Shown: in pieces, positions 19,101 to 27,713 of the stretch
Position numbering within the stretch: position 1 is the first letter of the stretch
Layout of the letters: every line of letters starts with the position of its first letter
From: Lachnospiraceae bacterium
Lineage (GTDB): Bacteria; Bacillota; Clostridia; Lachnospirales; Lachnospiraceae
Direction of reading: 5' to 3'
Length of the DNA stretch: 64,000 nucleotides
Assembly: GCA_017508825.1 (NCBI GenBank)
Contig: JAFWRC010000013.1
Span: forward strand, 3,786 to 67,785
Program-made: the position numbers and the translations under genes
The notes under the pieces: generated by a model
What the model was told of the DNA's origin: nothing
What the model saw: the letters and a program-made list of their open reading frames with translations, nothing else
Databases searched by the model: none

Positions 19101-20006
19101 TTATGCTCTCGGGTTTGCTTCCACCTGATCAACATCCACCTCGCCCATAAACACGATCCTTGCGGGGCCGGTCATATAGACGCAGTTGTCTTCTTCTCTC
19201 CACTCGATCTGCAGGTCACCCCCCAGAAGATGTACGGTGGTCTTGCGGGAGTTCATCCCATTCAACACGCCTGCCACTACCGAAGCACATGCCCCCGTTC
19301 CGCAGGCCAGCGTCTCGCCGGTACCGCGCTCCCACACGCGCATACGAATGTGTTCCTGATCCACCACTTCAATAAACTCCGTATTTACATACTTCGGATA
19401 AGCCGGATGATGCTCATAGGTAAGACCGACTTTTTCCATATCCACCGCATCCACGCTGTCCACATAGGTCACCGCATGCGGATTGCCCATAGATACACAG
19501 GTCATACGGCTCTCTTTCGTCGTCCCGTCCGGAAAAGCCAGTTTGATCGGTTGATCCACGATCTTATCGATATCCTTATCCAAGGTGCCTTCTGCAAACT
19601 GCGTTACATCCACCGGTACCTCTGCCGGCTTAACGATCGGCTCGCCCATATTGACAGTCACGGTATCCACCTTGCCGTCCTTCAGATGCAGGTACAGGGT
19701 CTTTACCTTACCGCCGCTCTCGATCTTCACCGGGTTCTTGTCCGTCAGTCCCAGGTCATACACAAACTTTGCCACGCAGCGGATGCCGTTGCCGCACATC
19801 TCCGACCTGGACCCGTCGGCATTGTACATCTCCATCTCAAAATCCGCATTCTCCGACGGATTGATAAAGATCACGCCGTCCCCGCCAATCCCGAAATGCC
19901 GGTCACTCAGCCGCCGTACCACGTCGGGCTTATTTTCTACTTTCTCTTTGGCTCCGTCCACGTATATGTAATCGTTGCCACAACCATGCATCTTTACAAA
20001 CTTCAT
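19101..20006 (-). CDS. dapF: Diaminopimelate epimerase
   Basis: KMHGCGNDY, EMCGNGIRC, GNPH and ERGTGETLACGTG motifs. Confidence 0.97.
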   Translation of the reverse strand: MKFVKMHGCGNDYIYVDGAKEKVENKPDVVRRLSDRHFGIGGDGVIFINPSENADFEMEMYNADGSRSEMCGNGIRCVAKFVYDLGLTDKNPVKIESGGKVKTLYLHLKDGKVDTVTVNMGEPIVKPAEVPVDVTQFAEGTLDKDIDKIVDQPIKLAFPDGTTKESRMTCVSMGNPHAVTYVDSVDAVDMEKVGLTYEHHPAYPKYVNTEFIEVVDQEHIRMRVWERGTGETLACGTGACASVVAGVLNGMNSRKTTVHLLGGDLQIEWREEDNCVYMTGPARIVFMGEVDVDQVEANPRA

Positions 20007-20059
20007 ACTTCGTCCTCTTTTTCTCTCTCGTCAATTAAAATTCCCACTTATCAAAATAC

Positions 20060-20313
20060 TTGCCGGGAGCTAGGGCAGATAAAGCAGTTTTCGAAGCCTG
20101 CCGAAGCAGTTCGCCCCCCAAGCATCCCCCACTTGCCCTGAACTTGTTTGAGTGCAGCACACGCCCCGTTCTTTTTTAGGCGTGTGCAAGCGAGTTAGTG
20201 AAGGGCAAGTCGTGGTTATAGACAACCACTACATCGCAAGGAATCCCCCCAGAGGGTCCCCCCTTGCGAATATCCTAAGGCATCCTCCCGCTTCGCGGGC
20301 CCCTCCTTAGGAT
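20060..20313. other. Multi-hairpin structured intergenic element (REP/MITE-like composite or structured RNA)
   Basis: At least five inverted repeats, e.g. ACTTGCCCT/AGGGCAAGT, GCACACGCC/GGCGTGTGC, TCGCAAGG/CCTTGCGA and ATCCTAAGG/CCTTAGGAT. Confidence 0.75.
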
Positions 20314-20861
20314 CAGTTATCCATCATCGCCAGTACCATCTGGGCGCTTTCGATGAGCCCCGTCCCGGTGTCCATGCTGCACTTCTGTATGTAGCGATGG
20401 GCCTCCGCCTCGCTCATGTGGTTTCGTTCCATCAGCACCGCCTTGGCGCGATCCAGCAATGCAATCTCTTCCGGCGAACGTTTCTTTGGCGACATCCGCG
20501 CCTTCTTCTTTTCGCGCTCGCGGCGTCCGATCATCATGCCCAGCGTACCGATCAACTCGGAAGCTTTCAGCGGCATCGCCAGCGCCACCACGCCGTCTTC
20601 CACACCTTCCTCGATGCGTGCCCCGGATGCGACCAGCAGCAGTTCAAAGCCCTTCGGCAGCTCTTCCAGCAGATCGGAGTAGATCATATCCGCGTACTTG
20701 TATCCGCAGATGATGATGCCTTCGTCCAGCTCATCTGCCTGCGCCAGCGCCTGTGCACCGGTGGTGCAGGCCGCCGCCACCTCGTAGCCGTTACGGATCA
20801 GGAGACTGCGTATGCCGTGTGCTTCTTCAGTTTTCCCGAACAGTACGATCAGGCCTGTCAC
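20313..20861 (-). CDS. ANTAR-domain antiterminator with pseudo-receiver domain (NitR-like)
   Basis: C-terminal DRAKAVLMERNHMSEAEAHRYIQKCSMD ANTAR pattern; immediately downstream of glnA. Confidence 0.9.
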   Translation of the reverse strand: MTGLIVLFGKTEEAHGIRSLLIRNGYEVAAACTTGAQALAQADELDEGIIICGYKYADMIYSDLLEELPKGFELLLVASGARIEEGVEDGVVALAMPLKASELIGTLGMMIGRREREKKKARMSPKKRSPEEIALLDRAKAVLMERNHMSEAEAHRYIQKCSMDTGTGLIESAQMVLAMMDN

Positions 20862-20918
20862 GGACGCCCCTCCTTCTCTACGTAATGGATCACAACTCTT
20901 TTTTCAAAAAGTCATTCT

Positions 20919-22247
20919 TTAATATTTATACAGATACCGGTCTACTTCCCACTGGGATACCTGTGCGCTGTACTCCAGGAATTCTTTTCTCTTTGCCGAA
21001 ATGTACAGCGGCGTGATGTGCTCGCCCAGCGTATCCTTCACCAGATCATCCTTCTCCAGTTCACGAACCGCCTCGATCAATGTCGCCGGCAGGGATTCGA
21101 TCCCGGCTGCGATCCGTCCTGCTTCCGACAGATCATAAACATTTCCCTCGATCGGTGCCGGCGGCTGGATCTTATTCTCGATACCGTCCAGACCTGCCCG
21201 CAGCGCTACTGCCATTGCCAGATACGGATTGGCTGCCGAATCCGGGCTGCGCAGTTCGATATGGGTATCTTCCCCACGCAGGGAAGGCACACGGAGCATC
21301 GTCCCCCGGCCGCGTCCCCAGCCGATCAGCACCGGTGCATCATATCCCGGCACCAGACGCTTGTAACTGTTGACCAGCGGGTTCATCACAGCCGTCATTC
21401 CCTTGATGTGCCGGATCAGTCCGCCGATGAAGTATCTTGCCTCATCGCTGATCCCGCCCACTCCGTCGGGATCCGAAAAGATATTCTTTCCATCTTTAAA
21501 CAAAGCCATGTTCAGGTGCATACCGGAGCCGTTGTTTCCATACTTCGGTTTGGGCATAAATGTCGCATGCTGCCCGTGACGGCGCGCGATGGTCTTGACC
21601 GCCATCTTAAAGGTCATCACATTATCCGCCGTCTTTAATGCTTCATCATGATGGAAGTCGATCTCATGCTGTGCATTGGCGATCTCGTGGTGGGAAGATT
21701 CAATATCAAATCCCATCTCTTCCAATGTAAGTACCATATCACGGCGCGCATTTTCACCGGTATCCACCGGTCCGATATCAAAGTAACCTGCGCGCTCATT
21801 TGTCAATGTCGTCGGCTCACCGTCTTCCCCCGTCTGGAACAGGAAAAATTCGCATTCCGGTCCCACGTGGAAGATATAGCCTTTTTCTTTGGCTTCCGCC
21901 ACGGCCTGCCGCAGGATCCGTCTGGGATCTCCTGCAAACGGCTTGCGTTCTGCCGTATAAACATCGCAGAGCATACGCGCTACCTTGCCATGCTGCGGTC
22001 TCCAGGGAAGTATCGCCCAGGTGTCCGTGTCCGGATACAGGTACATATCCGATTCCTCCACGCGTGCGAACCCGTCGATGGCCGAGCCGTCAAACATATA
22101 ATCGTTGTCCAGCGCCTTTTCCAGCTGCCCCGCGGTGATCGCCAGATTCTTCAGATTGCCGAATACGTCTGTAAATTGCAGACGGATGAACTCCACATTT
22201 TCCTCTTCCGCGATCTGCAGGATCTCTTCTTTTGTGAATTTCGCCAT
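20919..22247 (-). CDS. glnA: Glutamine synthetase type I
   Basis: FDGSAIDGF, GPECEFF, HHE, TFMPKP, GSGMH, NSYKRLVPG and ELRSPD motifs. Confidence 0.95.
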   Translation of the reverse strand: MAKFTKEEILQIAEEENVEFIRLQFTDVFGNLKNLAITAGQLEKALDNDYMFDGSAIDGFARVEESDMYLYPDTDTWAILPWRPQHGKVARMLCDVYTAERKPFAGDPRRILRQAVAEAKEKGYIFHVGPECEFFLFQTGEDGEPTTLTNERAGYFDIGPVDTGENARRDMVLTLEEMGFDIESSHHEIANAQHEIDFHHDEALKTADNVMTFKMAVKTIARRHGQHATFMPKPKYGNNGSGMHLNMALFKDGKNIFSDPDGVGGISDEARYFIGGLIRHIKGMTAVMNPLVNSYKRLVPGYDAPVLIGWGRGRGTMLRVPSLRGEDTHIELRSPDSAANPYLAMAVALRAGLDGIENKIQPPAPIEGNVYDLSEAGRIAAGIESLPATLIEAVRELEKDDLVKDTLGEHITPLYISAKRKEFLEYSAQVSQWEVDRYLYKY

Positions 22248-22303
22248 GATGACCTCCCTCTTAAATGCGTTTATATTTTCCGTAATAATAACAGTTTCTC
22301 CGT

Positions 22304-22346
22304 AAAAAAGCAAAAGGAGCACCCGTATTTCGGGCACTCCTTCGTG
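22304..22346 (-). terminator. Leader terminator of glnA overlapped by an ANTAR-like hairpin
   Basis: AAGGAGTGCCCG-AAATA-CGGGTGCTCCTT-TTGCTTTTTT; CAC-GAAGGA-GTG hexaloop overlaps its 5' arm. Confidence 0.8.
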
Positions 22347-22358
22347 TCAACGTATGCT

Positions 22359-22387
22359 ATTATAAAGCATGCCCGTTCATCCGTCAA
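22359..22387 (-). promoter_or_regulatory. SigmaA promoter of glnA
   Basis: TTGACG-17 nt-TATAAT on the minus strand. Confidence 0.85.
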
Positions 22388-22518
22388 TGCCATAAACATA
22401 TCGGAATAATACACAAAAAATCTACACACAGCCATAAAAAATATATGGAAAAATGATATATTTATTGTTATACTATAAAGGCATGCAGCATTTCTCTGTA
22501 ACGGGGGGCACAGATGAT

Positions 22519-24426
22519 ATGAAGAAAAAGATCGCAGTGTTTACAACCGGCTGGTGCGGCGAGATCCTGTCACAGTTTCTCACCGGATTGCAGAAAGCAC
22601 TTTCAGAACAACAGGTAGACCTGTTTCTGTTTACCTGCTACCCTACCTATATAGATACCGCTGCCAACAAACGCGGGGAGATGAACATCTTCACGCTTCC
22701 GGATTTTCATGACTTTGACGGTGTCGTGATCTTTGCAAGCGGTCTCAATTTCCAGGACAAGATCGATAATATCATCCAGCGAAGCCGGGAGGCCGGGATC
22801 CCTGTTGTTATGCAGGGAGCGCACAGTGACGGTATCAATTATGTCGGCTCCGACAACTACCAGGCAACCCTGGATCTGGCAGAGCATCTGCAGAAAGAAC
22901 ATAATGTACACAACATCATCTTTTTCGCCGGCACAGATGATTCTCTGGATTCAGAGCTGCGCCTCAAAGCCGTAAAGGATTATCTGGAAAAGAGCGGTCG
23001 CCCGGAAGATCTGAAAGGCGTCTACTATACCAAATGGGAAAATGCCGCCGTCACCAGAAAGATCGATGAGATGTGCGCGAACGGCGAAAAGCTGCCGGAT
23101 GCCTTTATCTGTGCCAATGACGGTCTGGCTATGGAATGTGTTATGTCCTTAAATCGTAACGGTTATGAAGTACCGGACGATGTGCTGGTGACCGGTTTTG
23201 ATTTCATTGATGACAGCCAGATCTTCTCACCTTCCATTGCATCCGTGGATCAGTGTTTTACGGAAATGGGTGCTGCTGCCGCCAAGGTATGGCAGGAACT
23301 GTGCTGTGACAGCGAAGCCGTCCGATCCGAACTGGTTCCCTGTAAGTTTATCCCCGGCGAAAGCTGCAACTGTTTTGAATTTCGCAACAGTGACAAGATC
23401 CGTCGCCGCGTAGGCCGCGAAGCCTTTTCCAAACGTGCGATGACAACCTATTTCAACCGTAAACTGAACCTGATCGATTCTACGATCCTTTCGTGCTTAA
23501 CCTATCAGGATTTCAAACGTAATCTGCACCGGCTGCTGACTGAAAACCACGATTACGAAGGCGATTCCTTCCATGTTTTGCTGGAGCCGAATTTCGGGCT
23601 GTCCATTTATGACCCGAACATCCGCTTAAATACGGACGGTTACAGCCGGAATATGGAAGTTCTCTATTCGACCGAAGACGGTGTGCCTTTTGAAAAAGAC
23701 CTGTTCCCGTCCAGAGATCTGATCCCCGGCTACAAGGACGATGGCCCAAACCATCTTTATATCTTCCTGCCTCTGCACGAAGCAGATGAAGCCTACGGAT
23801 ATATCATCTTCCGGGATTGCATGGATAAGGTAGAAAACCATTTCCTGCAGACTTACCAGAGCCGTATGGGACTGGTCTTTGACAAATTCCGTCACGCGCT
23901 GAGTCTGGATCAGGTCAACAAGCGCCTGCTGGATCTGATGCGCCGCGATCCGCTTACCAACGTAAGCAATCGTATGGCGTATGAAGATAAGGAAAAATTC
24001 CTGCAGTCGCAGATCAATTCCACCCAGGAAACTGCTTTTGCGATCGCAATGTTTGATGTAAACAACCTGAAACTGATCAACGATACCTATGGGCATGATG
24101 CCGGTGACGGCTATCTTATCCGTGCCTGCCATCTGATCTGCAAGATCTTCAAACACAGCCCGGTCTACCGTGTGGGCGGCGACGAATTCATCGCGGTCCT
24201 GGTCGGCGGAGATTATGAAGAACAGGAACAGCTGCGCAAGGACCTGAACAACCATATGAGTCCTTACACGAAAGAACTGCCGCTGCCTCCCGATTATGTG
24301 TCCATCGCCTGCGGTATCGCTTCTTATAACCCGGAAACCGATATTTCCGTACAGGATGTCGTCAAACGGGCCGATGATGAAATGTATCATGTCAAGACTG
24401 CTATGAAAGGTGAAGCACCGAGATAG
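22519..24426 (+). CDS. Diguanylate cyclase with N-terminal LacI/periplasmic-binding-like sugar-sensing domain
   Basis: PDAFICANDGLA and VPDDVLVTGFD (LacI core); DVNNLKLINDTYGH and YRVGGDEF. Confidence 0.9.
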   Translation: MKKKIAVFTTGWCGEILSQFLTGLQKALSEQQVDLFLFTCYPTYIDTAANKRGEMNIFTLPDFHDFDGVVIFASGLNFQDKIDNIIQRSREAGIPVVMQGAHSDGINYVGSDNYQATLDLAEHLQKEHNVHNIIFFAGTDDSLDSELRLKAVKDYLEKSGRPEDLKGVYYTKWENAAVTRKIDEMCANGEKLPDAFICANDGLAMECVMSLNRNGYEVPDDVLVTGFDFIDDSQIFSPSIASVDQCFTEMGAAAAKVWQELCCDSEAVRSELVPCKFIPGESCNCFEFRNSDKIRRRVGREAFSKRAMTTYFNRKLNLIDSTILSCLTYQDFKRNLHRLLTENHDYEGDSFHVLLEPNFGLSIYDPNIRLNTDGYSRNMEVLYSTEDGVPFEKDLFPSRDLIPGYKDDGPNHLYIFLPLHEADEAYGYIIFRDCMDKVENHFLQTYQSRMGLVFDKFRHALSLDQVNKRLLDLMRRDPLTNVSNRMAYEDKEKFLQSQINSTQETAFAIAMFDVNNLKLINDTYGHDAGDGYLIRACHLICKIFKHSPVYRVGGDEFIAVLVGGDYEEQEQLRKDLNNHMSPYTKELPLPPDYVSIACGIASYNPETDISVQDVVKRADDEMYHVKTAMKGEAPR

Positions 24427-24447
24427 TATGATATTCCACATAATTAC

Positions 24448-24480
24448 AAAACGGGCTGTCCGCACGGACCGCCCGTTTTT
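24448..24480. terminator. Bidirectional intrinsic terminator
   Basis: AAAACGGGC-TGTCCG-CA-CGGAC-CGCCCGTTTT between convergent genes. Confidence 0.8.
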
Positions 24481-24498
24481 GTTGTGTTCCTGTTAATT

Positions 24499-25461
24499 TC
24501 AGTGGATTTCCGATCCGCCCCACTCTACTACGGTAAAGCCTTCCCGTTCAAAAGTTTCAAATTCCTGCGGCTCAAGTTCCACATATTCATCGGAGACCTG
24601 CCAGTACATCATCACACGCAGCATACTGTCCGCTTCTTCGCCTTCGCTGTCCGTAACGTGCAATTCATAGTTTTGATTGTACTCATCGTCCGGATCGAGT
24701 CCCGCAAAACGGATAATATTGTACTCATTGTCCTGCATCCGCGGCATCCAGTAAACGATAAATTCATTATACTCTTCCGGTGTCAGCCCGATCTGCTTTA
24801 AGGAATCCCGCAGAAATTCTGCCGTTTCGCTCCCCTTTACACAGAAACCCTCATCGATCGAATGTGTTCCGTAATCGTTCGCTTCCCAGAAAATATAGGA
24901 ATACTCGTTGCCGTCGTTGTCATATACGGTACCGTCCTGCGCAGCCAGCACATCCCAGTCATAGGTATTGCCGGACTGTACACCTGCCGGCCACATATAC
25001 GCCATCTCCGCATCATGCAAAGTCAGACGGACATGTGCCTCTTGCAGCGGCTTATCACCGTACAGATACACTACCGGTTTCTCTTCCATCGGCTCGTCCG
25101 GATAAATATATACGACCGGTTTATCCGTAGTAGTCATCGGATCCCAGGGCATCGGCTGTGTTGATGAGCTGCTGCTGCTCCCCGGGCATCCCTGCTCCAT
25201 GATGTCATACACATCATCAGCAATACTGTCCGTGGTCTTTGCCAGATCGTTCACCTTTTTGGTCAGATCATTCAGGCCTTTTTCGGTATTTGCATTATTC
25301 TGTGCCTGCAGCACCAGACTGGCCACACCGATCGCCGTAATGACACCCACACCGATCCCGCGGATCACGTTACCGGCCGCCACCTTCTTATTCAGTTCCT
25401 CCATTGTCACATCCTTTTGAACTGCCGGAATCTGTCCCTGCTCCGGAATGTACTCACTCAC
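24499..25461 (-). CDS. Single-TM hypothetical protein of the KPVIYLYP-type family
   Basis: TM, coiled coil, poly-Ser linker, KPVVYxY twice, YSYIFWE, NEFIVYWMP and C-terminal REGFTVVEWGG. Confidence 0.75.
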   Translation of the reverse strand: MSEYIPEQGQIPAVQKDVTMEELNKKVAAGNVIRGIGVGVITAIGVASLVLQAQNNANTEKGLNDLTKKVNDLAKTTDSIADDVYDIMEQGCPGSSSSSSTQPMPWDPMTTTDKPVVYIYPDEPMEEKPVVYLYGDKPLQEAHVRLTLHDAEMAYMWPAGVQSGNTYDWDVLAAQDGTVYDNDGNEYSYIFWEANDYGTHSIDEGFCVKGSETAEFLRDSLKQIGLTPEEYNEFIVYWMPRMQDNEYNIIRFAGLDPDDEYNQNYELHVTDSEGEEADSMLRVMMYWQVSDEYVELEPQEFETFEREGFTVVEWGGSEIH

Positions 25462-25496
25462 CTTTTTGCCCTCCCTTATGTTTTATGATATGATGC

Positions 25497-26933
25497 TTAG
25501 TCCCACCAGTAACTGCCGTAATAAAGATCGATATGTCCGGCATTCACTTCCACTTCAAATACGCCGTGTAATGCCATCGCCAGTTCGGAATCCGGCCCAT
25601 CCTCATCATAGGCCCGCAGACATTTCCAGATCCATTCGATCGGCATAAAACCGTCCTCGTATCCGTCAAAAAACTCTGTTTCACAATCCGGTGCAAATGC
25701 GGTATCATAATCCACCACCAGGTCCACCGGTTCGTACTCATTTCCGTCATCATCTGTCAGTACGACGTTTTCCAGCACAATGGTCTTGCCGTAATCCTTA
25801 TACTCCACCGTCCCGGCATTGGTAAAGGTAAATCGCCCGCTCAGTGCATCCGGCGTATTCCAGACGATATCTTCTGCCGCGGTCCAGTCATCCCCCAGCA
25901 GACTGATATCATAAATCCACGGATAGGCCGACACAAAGCAGAAACCGTCCATCGCCATTCCCACAACATCCCCCGGATCCGGGGTCACACTATCGGGTGA
26001 CAGGAGAAATCTTGTCTGATTGTTATAATTCATGACTGCATCCGCTTTCAGATCATATCCCGTGGAATTTACATTCCGGATCTCAAGCAGATAATTAAAG
26101 GCCTGCATTTCGTACTCATCCATATCATCCAGGATACCGTCACACGCGATCCCGCTCCGTGCAGCAAATGCCCGCAGATCTTCCGCATTCGGAAAAACGT
26201 ATTTTCCGTCCATTCCATCGACATATCCGCAATGGATGCTCTCCATCCGCACATCTCCGTCGGTATACAGATTTACCTGCGGCACATAGGCCTCCCGGAT
26301 CTTATCCTCATAATAATCCCACAGTTGTTTGGCATAAAGGTCTTTTGGCGTTTCGTCCACATCACCATAGGCTCCGCATTTGATCATTTCCCCGGTATCG
26401 GCATCATAGTAGTACAGTGTATGCTGCCCCATATCACAGGCCATAGATTCCTCTTTAAAGTCTGCATTCGGGTCGATCTGCTCACCAAGTTTATAGATAT
26501 ACCGGACAACATCATCTCCGACATTGACCTTCGGTTCCGTGTTCTCACGGATCAGCATCAGCTTGTCATAAAATTCCATCCCACTGTTTGAGTATCCCCA
26601 GTATCCCCCATACTGTGAGAAATCAAAACCATAGGCATCACCGTTTGTATCAATAAAACGCCCGTTGTCTCCATATCCCTCCGCGCCGTTCGTAGCACGG
26701 AATACCAGCAGGATCTCATTCTCGGGAATGTCCGCTTCAAAAATATCCCCGCCGGGATCTGCGCCACCCTTTCCGTCTTCTATACCGGCTTCTATGACTT
26801 CGATCTTATCTGCATCCGCGATGCTTCCGCGTTCTGTTCCGCTCCCCTCTGTACCACAGGCTGCCAGAAATCCTGCACAAAAAAACGGCAGAACATGCCC
26901 TATTCCTTTCGATATCATCCGCATTTTACTCAT
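25497..26933 (-). CDS. Acidic putative lipoprotein, unknown function
   Basis: Lipobox FLAAC; 478 aa, D/E/Y/G-rich. Confidence 0.75.
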   Translation of the reverse strand: MSKMRMISKGIGHVLPFFCAGFLAACGTEGSGTERGSIADADKIEVIEAGIEDGKGGADPGGDIFEADIPENEILLVFRATNGAEGYGDNGRFIDTNGDAYGFDFSQYGGYWGYSNSGMEFYDKLMLIRENTEPKVNVGDDVVRYIYKLGEQIDPNADFKEESMACDMGQHTLYYYDADTGEMIKCGAYGDVDETPKDLYAKQLWDYYEDKIREAYVPQVNLYTDGDVRMESIHCGYVDGMDGKYVFPNAEDLRAFAARSGIACDGILDDMDEYEMQAFNYLLEIRNVNSTGYDLKADAVMNYNNQTRFLLSPDSVTPDPGDVVGMAMDGFCFVSAYPWIYDISLLGDDWTAAEDIVWNTPDALSGRFTFTNAGTVEYKDYGKTIVLENVVLTDDDGNEYEPVDLVVDYDTAFAPDCETEFFDGYEDGFMPIEWIWKCLRAYDEDGPDSELAMALHGVFEVEVNAGHIDLYYGSYWWD

Positions 26934-27105
26934 CCGGTTTTCCTCCCTGAAGTCAGTTTTATTAACAGATCTGATACAGATACGGGACAGTTCTTCCGTT
27001 TTATGGTTTTTTTCAAATAATTATTTATTCCGCGGCTTTCCGGTAATGCGGCAGTTTTGCCATTGCCACAAAGGCAATCACCACGCCAACCGCGCAGACT
27101 GCATC

Positions 27106-27696
27106 TCATTTTTTCTCAAGGATGTGTTTTACATAGCGGAACTCACTGTCCCGCAGATAGCCTACCATCACGGAGCCATGATACATATACTCATAAAAGC
27201 CCATATAGACTGTCGTCGTATCCGTCAGGATCTCATTCTCCTGCGTCTCCGGAAAACCGATGCCGGAATGTCCCAGAAAATAATGCATACATTCATGGAT
27301 CAGTACTGCCAGGATCACATTGTAACGTGCATACTTGCTTACTTTGATCGTGATCATGCTCCAGCCGTTCCCATGACTGTATAACCCGGCAGCCTCTTCA
27401 ATATTCAGATTCTCCTCTGCATGCACCTGCAGATGATTCGGTTCCATTCCGCAATGCCGCAGGATATCCTCCGCCATCCGGCTCAGATACACAGAATCCG
27501 TACACGACTCTTTGAATTCTTCAAACAGCTGCTCCTGCGGCTTGTACGCCGGACGTTTTCCGCCCAGACGCTCATCCAGCAATCCGATACTGCTGTCGAT
27601 CGTACTTTTGTTTTTGGTCGGCCCCATCTGCTGTAGGACGACAAAGATGACAAAGCCGAGGATCACGATGATCGCAAATAATGAATAAAAACCCAT
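27106..27696 (-). CDS. Membrane-anchored HExxH zincin-like protein
   Basis: N-terminal TM, AAGLY, VLIHECMHY, ENEILTD and GYL motifs. Confidence 0.75.
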   Translation of the reverse strand: MGFYSLFAIIVILGFVIFVVLQQMGPTKNKSTIDSSIGLLDERLGGKRPAYKPQEQLFEEFKESCTDSVYLSRMAEDILRHCGMEPNHLQVHAEENLNIEEAAGLYSHGNGWSMITIKVSKYARYNVILAVLIHECMHYFLGHSGIGFPETQENEILTDTTTVYMGFYEYMYHGSVMVGYLRDSEFRYVKHILEKK

Positions 27697-27713
27697 AGCG
27701 TAACTTCCCGGCC

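Noticed and set aside
20010-20313. Lysine riboswitch or T-box upstream of dapF-dapL
   Set aside because: No AGAGG..AGTA..GCCGAA/ACTGTC lysine core, no T-box GGTGGNACC sequence and no U-tailed terminator.
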